The translations under genes were made by a program, and so were the position numbers. The notes beneath the pieces are model-generated. The model was not told where the DNA came from. It was given only the letters and a program-made list of their open reading frames with translations, and made no database searches. 64,000 nt of DNA from Neodothiora populina (taxonomy: Eukaryota): positions 372,001 through 436,000 of the forward strand of contig NW_027191415.1 of NCBI RefSeq assembly GCF_041146345.1, given 5' to 3'. Position 1 is the first letter of the stretch; every line of letters begins with the position of its first letter. This document shows positions 33,465-45,028 of this stretch, in pieces.

Positions 33465-35587
33465 GCTGGGCGAACTTACGGCGGGAAGCCAGGGAAAGAT
33501 GTATAGTGATTTCAACAAATGTCTTGTTGAATTGATTGGCAAAGGCCGGAAAGGATGATCGAAGTCAGAAACAGGGTTTATCCCGATACTTTAAGGAATC
33601 GAGATGGAAAGCCACGATTTACGAGGGGTTTGATGAATAGCAATGATGATGATGATCGTAATCAAGAGTGGAAGAGTGCAGGGAAGGTCAGTAAGGGCCG
33701 ATTGGTCTCTGTAATTCTCGTTTGTTCGTCCTATGGATTCTGACTCGATTATATACTCGAAGCTATGGAGTGAGCTTTTCTCTTTTCTGTTTTACCTGCC
33801 TTGTAATATTCCAATTCGACGGGTGACTTGTGAGGGTACGTACCGCGTCAGACCATCAAGTATGACGCGAAGGAAGATGAACTTCGGAGATCATTCGGCG
33901 AGAATGCTTATTTAGACGGCGTGCAGCTTTCTCCTACTTGGGACTCTGTCATTCTGTCTACCGCTGCTTGGAAGCTTGGAATGTTCCTCTCATTCTGCGT
34001 TCACTCCGCCCGCATGACCCTCGACCACGAGATGGAACTTTATATTAGCTTTTCCCGTCCTTAGTAGTTTCTTATATCATGCATTAGTTACATCCCTGTC
34101 CATCTTACCCAAGCCCCATGATCTACGTTGCCCAGACCTCTGCATCCATGTGGGCAAAGAATGTGAAAATCGACTCGAATTAATCGCCATTTCCTGCAAA
34201 TACTAGCCCTAAGAATGGAATCTTCTTATCCATCAACGCTAGCTCCTGCAGCTTATTGGCGTCTCCGCGCAGGTGCAGCTGTGCTCTCCCTTGCCCTCAT
34301 AGGAGTCACTTGGTTTATTGCATTTGTGATTGTAGCGTTCGATGCCATTCCAGATTCAACGAGCCTGTGGGACCCCCATCTAGTCGCGGTCTTCGCGATC
34401 ACTACCTCGTATTTTACCAGATAGTAAACCCTTTTATTTGCGAGAAAAGCCTTACGCCTCTTCTCGCGTAACTGACCCCTCGCTCGACATTTTATCTGGA
34501 TGGGCGGATGAACGACTCAGGCACTAATTAGGGTTCCCCCCGAAGGCTAGAGAACGCCCCATGGAGAACCTGCTTACCCCTGTGATGGACAATACGTAGT
34601 TTCTGTGGTACGCATTTGTACTTGTAGCAAAGCTCAGCCACAAAGGTGTTGACCTTGGCTCTCACGGATCGAACCTCTCTTCGTCCGCCATGCCATATGA
34701 CGGAGTATGGTAGTTTCACCAATGGCTCATAGCAAGCTTTGCTCCAGGGTAAGAGCTTATCTAACCCTGCATACAGGCTGTTCCGACAATCGTCTGGGTT
34801 GGCTGTGTCCATGGAGTGAACGATGGCGACGTCTGCGGTACCTGCACCCCGCAGTGATGGCTGATTCCACAAGCGTAATGACACGAGAAAGCGCCTGGCT
34901 ATTGTTATTGTACATCAGCTCATAGGTCCACTGCCTTCACCTCTTGAGCCTGGCATTGCCTCTCGAAGAATGGGAAGTTCCGGTGAAGCATTGGGCAACA
35001 CGCTAGCCGTGGTCTGCATGATTGCAACATCGTGAACAGCAGGTCGTCTCGAGGCAAAAGCCGTGCGAGTCTCGCTCGAGCTTGGTTGTTCGCAAGCCAA
35101 AGATCACCATGCATGCGAAGCAACAACGAATCGTTCTTAATTGGTAAGCGCAGGCTTTACTCTATGTAAGGAATTGCTTGCGCCGACACAATTGGTTGCG
35201 ACGACGACGTGGTAATGAACTATCGTCACCGCTTATACTGCAGACGAGCCATGTTACAGCACCTTGTATGTGTGCTAAACTACAAGACATGTTCATATGT
35301 TCCTACTAAAAGAGGCAAGGTAGTCCCATTGTTGGGTGGATAGGCTTCGCATCGGTGGATGCGTAATGTTAACCCATGAGGTGGGCCTCTGGAGATATGG
35401 AGGCTTGAGCTAGTCCACAGCCGACTTCACTCGAGTCGTCAGTCCACACCAGACAGAGCAACGCGCTCACTTGAGGATGGAGACACCAAGGACCTTATCC
35501 TTCGTCTTTTCACCGGTCCTTCCTAAATCCTTGCTGATCCTGGTACACGTCTGTTGCTCTCGTCTGAAGATGAGACATGTCCCGCGG

Positions 35588-37168
35588 TCATAATCCAGCC
35601 TTGCCGTTGCATTGGCTGAGTTTGCCTTTGCACAATCCGATGATACCCCCGTCGCTAGCCTCTGCACCGTCTTTGTCACTGAGCTCATCACCACGTCCCG
35701 CCCCGTTGGACCCAGTGTTGACCTGCTTCTCGGCTCCTACGACACCGTTGGATGCTAGCAGCAGCTGAGCCTTTTTCTTACCTTTGCTAGTGACAATCCC
35801 AGCGAGCGCGGTATCACGCACCCATTGCTTCATCAGGGCAGGCGAAGAAGCCAGTGTACTGTTTGCTGCAATGGCGTAGGCAACAAGACCCGTGACGAAG
35901 GGCGTGGCCATAGAAGTGCCATCGAGAGATTTGATCTCGGCGTTTTCTAAGACATGCTCGTGGAGGGCTTGTTGGATTGCTGTATTTTTGGTCGTTGACG
36001 CCGACACCGATGATGATTGGACATTTTCCTCCTGTTTTTCAGAAGAGGAAGAAGAAGAGAGGAAAGATGCAATTGCTGACAAGAAAGCAGAGGGTGGCCA
36101 GGCAGACACGATGTCCTCTCCAGCAGCGTAAACGTCAACGCAATCACCTGTATTCGAAAACGGAGACACAGCAGCGGACTCAGCGCCTACGCTGCCGACG
36201 ACTATAACCGCCCCTTTGGTGCCCCCAAGGTTGGAAGGGGAAGAGGCACAAGCGTCACGAGCGTCATTGCCAGCGGCAGCGACAACATGAATGCCCGCGT
36301 CAACGGCAGCATCCAGCGCAGCCGCCAATGCAGGAATTTTGGTCTTCGAGGCTAACGAGAGCGAGAGGACTGCGCCTGGTACGGTCTTGCCAACAGCAGA
36401 CGAGTGGTGTTGAATTGCCCAATCCACGCCTTTGATCACGTCTCCACTAGAACCTCCGCCGTTGGCGCTGAGAACTCTCACGCCGATCAGATTGGCGGCC
36501 TGGGCTACACCCACTATGCTGCCGCCGGCGACACCGGCTACGTGGGTTCCGTGTCCTCCATCATCAGTGTAAAGACCATCGAAAGACCATGCCGTGGTTG
36601 CGCGACTGTGGGTTAGGTCGACGGAGAAAAAGGCATGCTGAAAAAAGATGCCCGTGTCGAGAAGGTATATGTTCGTGTTTGCTCCCAAGGAAGAGCTCGC
36701 ATATGTGTATGTGTAGGTCAGATCTGTTCTGTTGCCTTTTATGGTAGGCGACGAAGATGAAAGGCGCTGGAGGCCCCAGGGGGAGTTGGGCTTGGTGTTG
36801 AGTTGCTCAGTAGGTTCTCTTTTCGCCGTTTTCCTCTTGACTTTGGTCACTGGTCCCGCATACGTGAGGCGTGCAGAGGGTTCCAGGTGGGTCACATAAG
36901 AAGTATTTGCAAGCAAGGACAGACAATGCGAGTTCATGCGGGCGGAGAAGCCAGTGAAGGCTGTATTGTCGTAGATGTGTACAACATCCTTGTGGACTCT
37001 GGAGAGGGAAAGCCGAGCCAGGAGATGATCGATGGAGGGCGTATGCGGATGTGTTTTGTTCACCAAGACTATGTGCTCATGGCCGGCATGATGGATCGCA
37101 GTGGCCGGCACTACGAAGATAGATGGCAGAAGGAGGACAAGAGACAACAACTTGCATATAATCGACAT
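35588..37168 (-). CDS. Secreted subtilisin-like serine protease (S8A, proteinase K family) with I9 propeptide
   Basis: Signal peptide, propeptide (HIYD..FTGFSA), PWGLQRLS, catalytic triad LDTG / HGTHVAG / GTSMATP, oxyanion AAGN. Confidence 0.92.
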   Translation of the reverse strand: MSIICKLLSLVLLLPSIFVVPATAIHHAGHEHIVLVNKTHPHTPSIDHLLARLSLSRVHKDVVHIYDNTAFTGFSARMNSHCLSLLANTSYVTHLEPSARLTYAGPVTKVKRKTAKREPTEQLNTKPNSPWGLQRLSSSSPTIKGNRTDLTYTYTYASSSLGANTNIYLLDTGIFFQHAFFSVDLTHSRATTAWSFDGLYTDDGGHGTHVAGVAGGSIVGVAQAANLIGVRVLSANGGGSSGDVIKGVDWAIQHHSSAVGKTVPGAVLSLSLASKTKIPALAAALDAAVDAGIHVVAAAGNDARDACASSPSNLGGTKGAVIVVGSVGAESAAVSPFSNTGDCVDVYAAGEDIVSAWPPSAFLSAIASFLSSSSSSEKQEENVQSSSVSASTTKNTAIQQALHEHVLENAEIKSLDGTSMATPFVTGLVAYAIAANSTLASSPALMKQWVRDTALAGIVTSKGKKKAQLLLASNGVVGAEKQVNTGSNGAGRGDELSDKDGAEASDGGIIGLCKGKLSQCNGKAGL

Positions 37169-37601
37169 GTTGCTATATTACCATGTAGATAGAGGGCCAG
37201 CCTCTTGAATTTTCGGACGCAGTTATAGAGAACGTGAAGAGAAAAGCTACTGGCGCTCTCGCTCTCGCTCTCTCGAATGAACTGTATTGTTGGAATATAC
37301 AAAGAGCAGCAAAGGAAATCAGAAAATAAAAAAGAAACAAAAGCACAACTGACCGTAAGCATCGCAGTAATGGCCAAACAGACAATACACTTCACTGACC
37401 AGCCCATACAGCGCATGAATGGACATGACAATGCCACTGTTCTGGAACACACAAACATTGGCGTTGCGATGCGCTGGAGTAGTACCAAAGAACAGCACTG
37501 CGCTGTCGCAAGACACGCAGACATGCCATGACATCTAGGACCTACCGGGACCTGAGAAGGGATGGGATATGAGACCAAAGATCCTAAGTTGGGACATTCG
37601 A

Positions 37602-37625
37602 CAGCAGCAGCAGCAGCAGCAGCAG
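37602..37625. repeat. (CAG)8 microsatellite, intergenic
   Basis: Direct reading of sequence. Confidence 0.9.
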
Positions 37626-38245
37626 CATCAAGCGCGCCGAAAAGCAATGGCAGAGACAATCAACGTTGTCAAGAACCCGAGACAAGACAGTAAACGGAAA
37701 CGATGAAAGCTGAGACCGACCAGACGCAAGCGCTTCCGGCTAAATTGCTGTCCTTGCCATGGAAAGCTACATGCCCTACCCAGCTTGCCGCCGCCACTGC
37801 CGCAGCTGATGTGCCCCCCTGCTAAAGTAAGGTAATCGGTTGCCCTGTTCGCAAGGACCCTCGAGACGGACGAGGTTAAGCAAGAGTGCGGAATAGAAAC
37901 GCGGGGGAATCAGGTAAGCAAGCAAGCAGGGAAGGGGCCAGTACGGGCGGAAGCGGGAAGGCCATACGTGCGAAAGAGAGATGGAGATGCCATGCTGCTG
38001 CAATCACACTACTACCACCACCAAGTCACCACACCAGGCTAAAAGCAAAAGTGTCGCCGGGAGCATATGCGCGCGCACGAGCGAAAAAGAGCTCCGATCC
38101 GAGACATTGAGGACGGGTTAGGGCGTAAGTGTGTGATGTGGGACATGGGGCACAGGGTGGTGCAACGACGGTTTTTGGAGGGGGGACAGACCGGGCGTGA
38201 ACAGTGCAGCGCAGACCAAGAGGCAAAAAGGTATCAGACGAAGAA

Positions 38246-38266
38246 GACGACGACGACGACGACGAC

Positions 38267-38320
<54 letters not shown>
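38246..38320. repeat. Compound microsatellite (GAC)7(GAT)18
   Basis: Direct reading of sequence. Confidence 0.97.
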
Positions 38321-38321
<1 letters not shown>

Positions 38322-38782
38322 CGCATACGCATGCACAATGCACCGACTGGAGTAAAATAAAAAAATTCGTTATCGTCGGCGTGGTCCGACGTTTTTGGCG
38401 CCGTTGTCATAGCTTTTTCTTTCCCTTTGATCTTCCCATGTGGCCGCGACGAGTCAATCAATAAATATCCAATATAGATACTCCATATCGAGAATATAGA
38501 GACACACTTTGTATATAAATATAGAAACAAAAAGCCGTTACAGAGTATAATGGCTGCTATTGTTTTAGGAAGAGACCCGGGGGGCCAAGAAAAACGCAAA
38601 GCAAAACAAGGGTCTTATGCCAATAATTCCTGTATTGACCATGGACTGTACAGTACTTGACTACCAGAGTAGGCAAAGTAAGCTTTATTCGTACTTACTG
38701 CACCTCGAGCAGCACTACCAAGAGAACATCCACGTACGCAGTACCTCTTAAGTACTTGTACAGTAGTCCTGTATCTGCACCT

Positions 38783-38786
<4 letters not shown>

Positions 38787-38818
<32 letters not shown>
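38787..38818. repeat. (CA)16 microsatellite followed by a short (GA)n
   Basis: Direct reading of sequence. Confidence 0.97.
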
Positions 38819-38821
<3 letters not shown>

Positions 38822-39931
38822 AGAGACACAGACCAAGAAGCATTCCAACCTCTGCGATATCAATTCCGACCTCTCGTCTCGAAGCCCTTTAGAAACCTTA
38901 TTGAGTGGTCTTTCTTGCGCACGTAAGGATAGATTGCGTATTCCCTGGCCCACGAAACACAAAACAAAATGAGTGATTGATTGATTGATTGACCGACCAA
39001 CTGACCGGTCTGGTCTACCCAACGAGATGAAACCGGAGCCAGTCCCGTGGCGGCGCCCTTGCCCTGCCTAAGGTACGTATGTACTGTATAGCTGTACAGG
39101 CACTATGCGCATAGGGCGACGACTACAGCGTCTTATCGGGCCGAAAAGGAAAGTCTGATACAGCGAGCCTTGTTAGATAGATTGTGGACGGCGTAGGTGC
39201 GGGTGGCACCATACCATACTCTCTGGCTGTGCAGCATAGTTATTGTACTGTACGTCAAAGCAAGAGAGGAAACAAGACGAGCCGCTCCGCAAAAACTCGC
39301 GTTGGGTTAAATCTCCACACGTGCTGGCGGAGAAAGGCCATGGTTTTAGTTTTGATTGTTTTCCCCCACAAGGCCATACTTGTACGAGAAAGAAAGTTTG
39401 ATGGGATGGGGGTTGTCCGAGACATGACTGGGCGAGCAAGGGGCTTTTGGTAGAGTATGAGTCGCCGTGAGGGATCTTCACTGTAGGTGAGGTACTTGTA
39501 CGGTAAGCTAGGTAAGCTAAGGTACTGTAGGTGCTCGTATCTGGACAAGGTAGACTAATTATCAGCCCGGCTCTTGTGGCCAGTGGATGTGTGTACTACA
39601 GATGTGTTGTACACTGCTGCAGCAGAGGAGTCTCGGTCTTTCTCTATCATAACACTCACTGGAGTGCAAGTCCCGCTGCTGCTGCTGCTGCTGCCTTCAG
39701 AAAAGTATAGTAAAACCAAACACCCGATCCCAATATGCACTACTACTGCTACTACCACTTCTCGAAACACTAACTACTCCAGTACCTGAGAAGAAGAGCT
39801 TCCATTCATTCGGTTCGGGACATGTCCATGACTCGCGAGACAAGCAATATAACTTCCATCCGGTGCAATATCTCTCCCACAAAATGTACATCGCCTCCCT
39901 TGTACAGAGATGGAGACAGAGATATCGGGCG

Positions 39932-39978
39932 AAAGGACAAAAGGACAAAAGGACAAAAGGACAAAAGGACAAAAGGAC
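39932..39978. repeat. 8-bp tandem repeat (AAAGGACA), about 6 copies
   Basis: Direct reading of sequence. Confidence 0.95.
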
Positions 39979-40407
39979 CAAAGCTTAAACTGTTCTGGAT
40001 TTCGGGTTGTTGCGCATAGCCAGCTATAGCCGTGGAATGACTGTTTCTGTGTATTTACCTAGTACAGACATTGGATGTCCATTTCTCAAATTCATTGCGC
40101 GACATTTCTTTCTCTTGTCTTTGTTTGAGTCAAAAAGCTGTCGTGGTCTCTGGGACGTACAACCGAGCAGTATCGTAGCAGTATTTGTGAGAGAGCTTTC
40201 GGTAAATCTCGATCTTATCTGATACACCTATCCACTTATCGTTGTACACACCGCGTCTGCCCCACATTATTGATTATTACCTACCGTACTGTACTACAGC
40301 AAGCAACATACAAAGTCCAGGGAGCGGGCCCCACGATTCGAAAAGGACAGTCAGGATTGCGGGCTGCACCACAAGAAAAGGAAAACCGAAAGAAACCGAA
40401 AAAAGGC

Positions 40408-41643
40408 ATGGCGGCAACAGCAACAGCAACAGCGCCCGAGCCCCGCACTCTGCTCCCTCCTCTGCTAGCATGTCTGCCCACAGCCTTCGTGTCACCACAC
40501 CCTCCGCCCGCCCTCCTGCCCCTGCTGAGCCCCATCCTGCGCCAACGAGTGACGCTGCTGTCGGGAAACACCAGCAGCGGCAACGGCGGCTGGCTCTCGC
40601 TGCTGTCATGGGACACGTCGCGGGCGTCGAAACTAGGCAAGCATCTCGAGGGCGTGCAGTTCGAGGCGCATCCGGTTTCTGGCGAGCTCGAGCTCGAGCA
40701 AGACGTCGAGACGATCAAGTGGAGGAGGCTGGACGAGGAGACGCTGCAGGCTAGACTCGAGGTCAAGGAGTTTGATCTCTTGCCTGTTTATCTGTGGGTC
40801 GAGAATGATGAGGGACCTGGTGGTGGCGAGGGCCCCGGGTGGAGGTTGGCCGAGTTGAGGGTGTTGGGCGATGCGCGTGAGGATGAGAGTGAGTGGTTTG
40901 ACAGTGCTGAGGAAGCCACTGCTGCTACGGCGAGCGGGAAAGCTGCTGTTGGGTCTGCTCAGGCGTCGGTCCTGGCTCAGCAACAAGAATCACAAATTGA
41001 TGACGACGACGACGACGACGACGACGACGATTATTGGAATGCATACGACAGGACGCCGGGCAGGACGCCGGCGCGCACACCTGCGAAACACTCGCCGGCT
41101 CCCACGGCTGCTGCACAAACCTCATCACTTCGCAATCAAGTTCAGGTTGGACCCACGAGCGAAGAACTAGAGTATTTCTCACGCTACGCCTCTGAGGTCC
41201 AACCAGCCCTGGATTCACACGACCCGGATGAAGAACACGAAGATCTACTACTAGGAGGAGACGACGACGAACAACAGCAACAGACACAAGGAAGCACATT
41301 GATCGGCGACGAACTCACCAAAGCCATGCACCAGCAACAACAACAACAACAACAACAACAGCAAAGAGAAACCATCCACGCGCCTCTAGCAACGACAAGC
41401 TCAAGCCGCACATCATCTGTCGATCGTCTAGAAGAGCACGCTGCGGCGACGGCAGTCCGCCACGGACACAACAACGGCGACGTACCAACTGTGCGCGCGG
41501 AGACGGGTGTCCGACAGTTCATAAGCACAGAGATCAAGTCGCTATTCCGACTCGCCAAGAGCGTGGGTATCGACCGCGCCGAGTTTGGAGAGATTTTGGA
41601 GAGGGAGATTGGAGTGTTGGGGTTGCTTGAGGATGGGGAGTGA
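40408..41643 (+). CDS. Conserved-looking hypothetical fungal protein with poly-Asp and poly-Gln tracts
   Basis: ATG at 40408 (GGCATGG). Globular N-terminus LLPPLLACLPTAF..LLSPILRQRV..RRLDEETL, DYWNAYDRTPGRTP, helical C-terminus IKSLFRLAKSVGIDRAEF. Confidence 0.8.
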   Translation: MAATATATAPEPRTLLPPLLACLPTAFVSPHPPPALLPLLSPILRQRVTLLSGNTSSGNGGWLSLLSWDTSRASKLGKHLEGVQFEAHPVSGELELEQDVETIKWRRLDEETLQARLEVKEFDLLPVYLWVENDEGPGGGEGPGWRLAELRVLGDAREDESEWFDSAEEATAATASGKAAVGSAQASVLAQQQESQIDDDDDDDDDDDYWNAYDRTPGRTPARTPAKHSPAPTAAAQTSSLRNQVQVGPTSEELEYFSRYASEVQPALDSHDPDEEHEDLLLGGDDDEQQQQTQGSTLIGDELTKAMHQQQQQQQQQQQRETIHAPLATTSSSRTSSVDRLEEHAAATAVRHGHNNGDVPTVRAETGVRQFISTEIKSLFRLAKSVGIDRAEFGEILEREIGVLGLLEDGE

Positions 41644-42409
41644 TGACTTGGAATCTCAAAATTCAGATGAGATGAGACGAAGTAGTCCAACAACGGCAGA
41701 AAGAGAAACTATTTAGTCGATGTGGGTCTGCATGAACATGACCGAGGTTTCAGAGAAGAACAACATTGGGAGAGGAATCGGATATGGATTGGCATGAACA
41801 CTCATGGCAAGGATGTGAAAGAAATTAACGATGGAGGAAGAAAATGTCACTCGATTTGTCATCTCACGCATGCACTCGACAGAAGTCATGAACAAGAACG
41901 AATCAAGGGGCAGAATATGAGTGAACATGAACCACCACAGAGAGACAGCAAGAAAGGAAAGAGCCAAATCCAGGCATCTCCAATCATTGCCCTTCACTTC
42001 CACCTCTCTACCTATCATAAAAGGAAGGTGCCCAAGGAAGCGTAGCCAGTCAAAGCAGCGAAGAACCGGGAAAAACACATTTCCCACCAATCTTGGAACT
42101 TGGTGGAAGCATGCATGCAGAGTCCATAGACAATAAGAAGAGAAAAGTCGATGAGATGATTGACTCATGAAACCTCTTGCGTTTGCAGGAATAGAGATTG
42201 AGGAGTGGAAGATTAGTGAAGAAGTTGTGAGAGTGAGAGGGAAGAGGCGATGGTGCATGTTGTTCTTCCCCATCTGTCTATCTACACTGCTCATCGCCGA
42301 GTAGCGACGGACCGAGTCATTTTTCTGTCATTGTCTTCTCGTAGTGCTCTTCTATCATGTCCTAGCCACAAATTCAAGCCTTGAGTAGAGAAAGGGAAAA
42401 GAGAGTTCA

Positions 42410-44515
42410 TCACTTGACACAAACGAAACCAACTCCACTCCTCGCCTTGGTCGCCGCATTCCTCAACTTTTGCTCCTCGACGTCCGTCCACTGCACGTCC
42501 AACTCGTCCCATTTCTTAGTCGCATACTGTCTCTTGAACTCGGCGTGCATCTCTTGCAATCTCCGTAACTCGCACGGGTCGCCTGAGCCAGAGTAGATGA
42601 TGAACGCCGTCTTGGGCGGCAGGGACTCGTAGATCCGTGAGATCTTGGAGATGGTCGAAGACACTGCTTGGGCGAGCTTGCTTGTGTTGTTCTTGTTGTT
42701 CTCGTCTTCATTCACAGCTTCGGAGTCGGCAGTGTCGTTATTCTGGATGACTCTGGCGAGCCGTTCAGTGGCGTCTGCCGTCTTGCTCTTGTTCCACCAT
42801 CCCCTCAGCGCTTCCAATTCTCGAAGTCTGGCCCAGATAAAGTCGACACCCCGCTGTGGTATATCTCTCTGCACCGCGTCAGAGATTTCGGAATCGGAGA
42901 GCGAAGAGTGGGCGGATCCCAAGATGGCGGTGCGGATGCCGGCCACGACGTCGTCGTCATTCTCGCACGGAATAGAGACGTGGGCGTTGGCGCCGTAGCC
43001 CTTCTTCGGGTCGCCCCAGTCTATCAAGGCGCTCGTCCTTTCCGCTGTTTTGTTGTCGTTGTCGTCGAGATTCGAACATCGGCTCAGTCGCTTGAATATA
43101 CTTTCTCCAGTTGCTTCGGAGGTGCCCCATGATTTTCCCTTTTCGCATTTCTGCTTGACAAGATCCAGACAAGCGCGCGCGTCCTCGATGGAATCATGAC
43201 CCTTTGGTCCTCGGTTCTGGATTTCTCGCGAGAGGTATTTCTGAGTGAGCCACTTCAGGCTCGACTTTTGAGGCGCGCCTTTCGGATGGGGATATAACAG
43301 TGTCGTGTCGATGATGAAGGGAAAACTAATCTTCAGAGCTCGGAGGTCGGAATCCAGACTGTGGCCTGCAAGAATGGTGCGCGGGGTCAAGATTGTCTTG
43401 AGCTTTTGTTGCATGTCTGATAGCGTGGTAGTCACAGGGTCAAGCATCTCTTTGGAAATGCCAGAGTACTGTGTCAAGTAATCCTTGACTGGATCAGGCG
43501 GCTGCACCAATTCATCCATGACAACTTCGCCGTCCCAGGAAAGAAGAGAGAGGCGGGCCAGAGCAAATCTGTCTTCGGTCGTCGTCACCATTTCGCAATC
43601 GAGAAACAAAACATTGCGACCTGCAGTCATGCTTCCAGCTTCGATTTCAGAAAAGTGAACGGTGGCGTCGGTCATGTCAGTCATGTCCGGAGGCAGGTCA
43701 ATCCAGCCATCTTCGGGGCTACGACATGCTTTGTAGCGGCGAGCAGCTTCGTAGTCTCTCTCCTCTTGAGTTTTGAGGTAGGCTGGATGGATGGAAAAGC
43801 CGTTGTCGGCAAGCTCTTCCTTTGTGGCAATATACTCGGTGACCGGGGTGCGCTTGCTCTGGAAGTCTCTGGAGACAATGGGCGGCTTGGGACCTTTTAT
43901 TTTCTTGTCTTCCTTGGACTTTGGCAGAGGGGCGTTGAGCATGGAATGAAGAGGAGAATGCATGCGGTTGTGTTCTCCGGGAGTCTTGATGGGCCAGATG
44001 TGAGGGAAGATGTCGGCAAGCGGCACGAGAGGAGCAGGCAGTTTGTCCGGGACCAGCTTGGTGGGATAATAGTCGTCGGGCGAGATGTTCAACTTGACTT
44101 TCTTGAGAGGCTTGTCGGAAGTATTTGTCTCGTCTTCTGTACTCTCCGTCTTCTTCTGTTCAGCTCTGTCTTGGTCGGGGCGGTCGAGAGAAATGTTGCC
44201 GTTAAACATGTCTGCTTCGAGCCCAGGGACCAAGAGACAGACGACGCGCTCAATCTCTTTCTTGTGCCTGACACTGATCCACTGTGGGCCATTTCCATCG
44301 GCCAACAGATACAAGACGAGATTCTGCAGGTCTCCAATCTTGACGAAGCTCTGCAGTCTGGCGCTGGCGGAGTGGGTGATGGCCGGGTAGTTTGCAGTTT
44401 CCTTCTTTTGGCGTTTGTTCCTGCGTTCGACTGTCTGCCATTGCCCGCCGCCGCCGCCGCCGCCGCCGTCGTTGGTTGCATCGAGAGGTCTCTTTCCGTT
44501 CTGGACTGCGGTCTT

Positions 44516-44547
<32 letters not shown>

Positions 44548-44683
44548 CGTCGTCTGGCTTCGGGGTGGTGCTGGATGCGCCAGTGAGTCTCTCGATTGTG
44601 GCGCCGAGACCCATCAGCTCGCTGCCTTCTTTAGCATCTCTCTTGCGCTTCTCGCCACGACTGAAGCTGTCGCCGCGGCCCAT
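42410..44683 (-). CDS. REX1: RNA exonuclease 1 (REX1/RNH70, DEDDh family)
   Basis: ExoI LDCEMV, ExoII GHSLDSDL, ExoIII HDSIEDA, plus DYLTQYSGI, SLKWLTQKYLSREIQ and C-terminal SLPPKTAFIIYSGSGDP. Confidence 0.9.
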
Positions 44684-45028
44684 GTTGTACGAAGCGAGAG
44701 CAAAAGAATGTGGTGGAGCTGTACAGAGACAAGACTTGCAGGCAGACGAACGAGAGCAAGTCGAGGAAGGTACAGGTTCGAATGGAAGGCACCACTGGTA
44801 TGCACGAAATCTCGGCGGCAGTCGCAGGACCCTGGATCTTTCTCTTTCTCGTTCTTATCCCAGATCCGAAAAGATAATCGCGGATCTACCCGCTGCAGCC
44901 GATCCCGCCAATCTGGCCAGTGCTCTCTGCCTCTGGATCTTGTTCTTGCAATCGTCTAATAGCACTTTTGGCCATCAATTCATCACCATCTGTCTGCAGG
45001 CCATGTCTACACATCTCTCCTCATCATC

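Noticed and set aside
38026..38599. ORFs with poly-Ser, poly-His, poly-Met, poly-Asp or poly-Ile
   Set aside because: All are translations of the (GAC)(GAT) microsatellite in different frames.
43655..44959. 434-aa plus-strand ORF, and similar long shadow ORFs over WDR70, RPF2, MTD1 and ORF 40408
   Set aside because: Antisense or alternative-frame shadows of real genes caused by GC3 bias and triplet repeats. No motifs.
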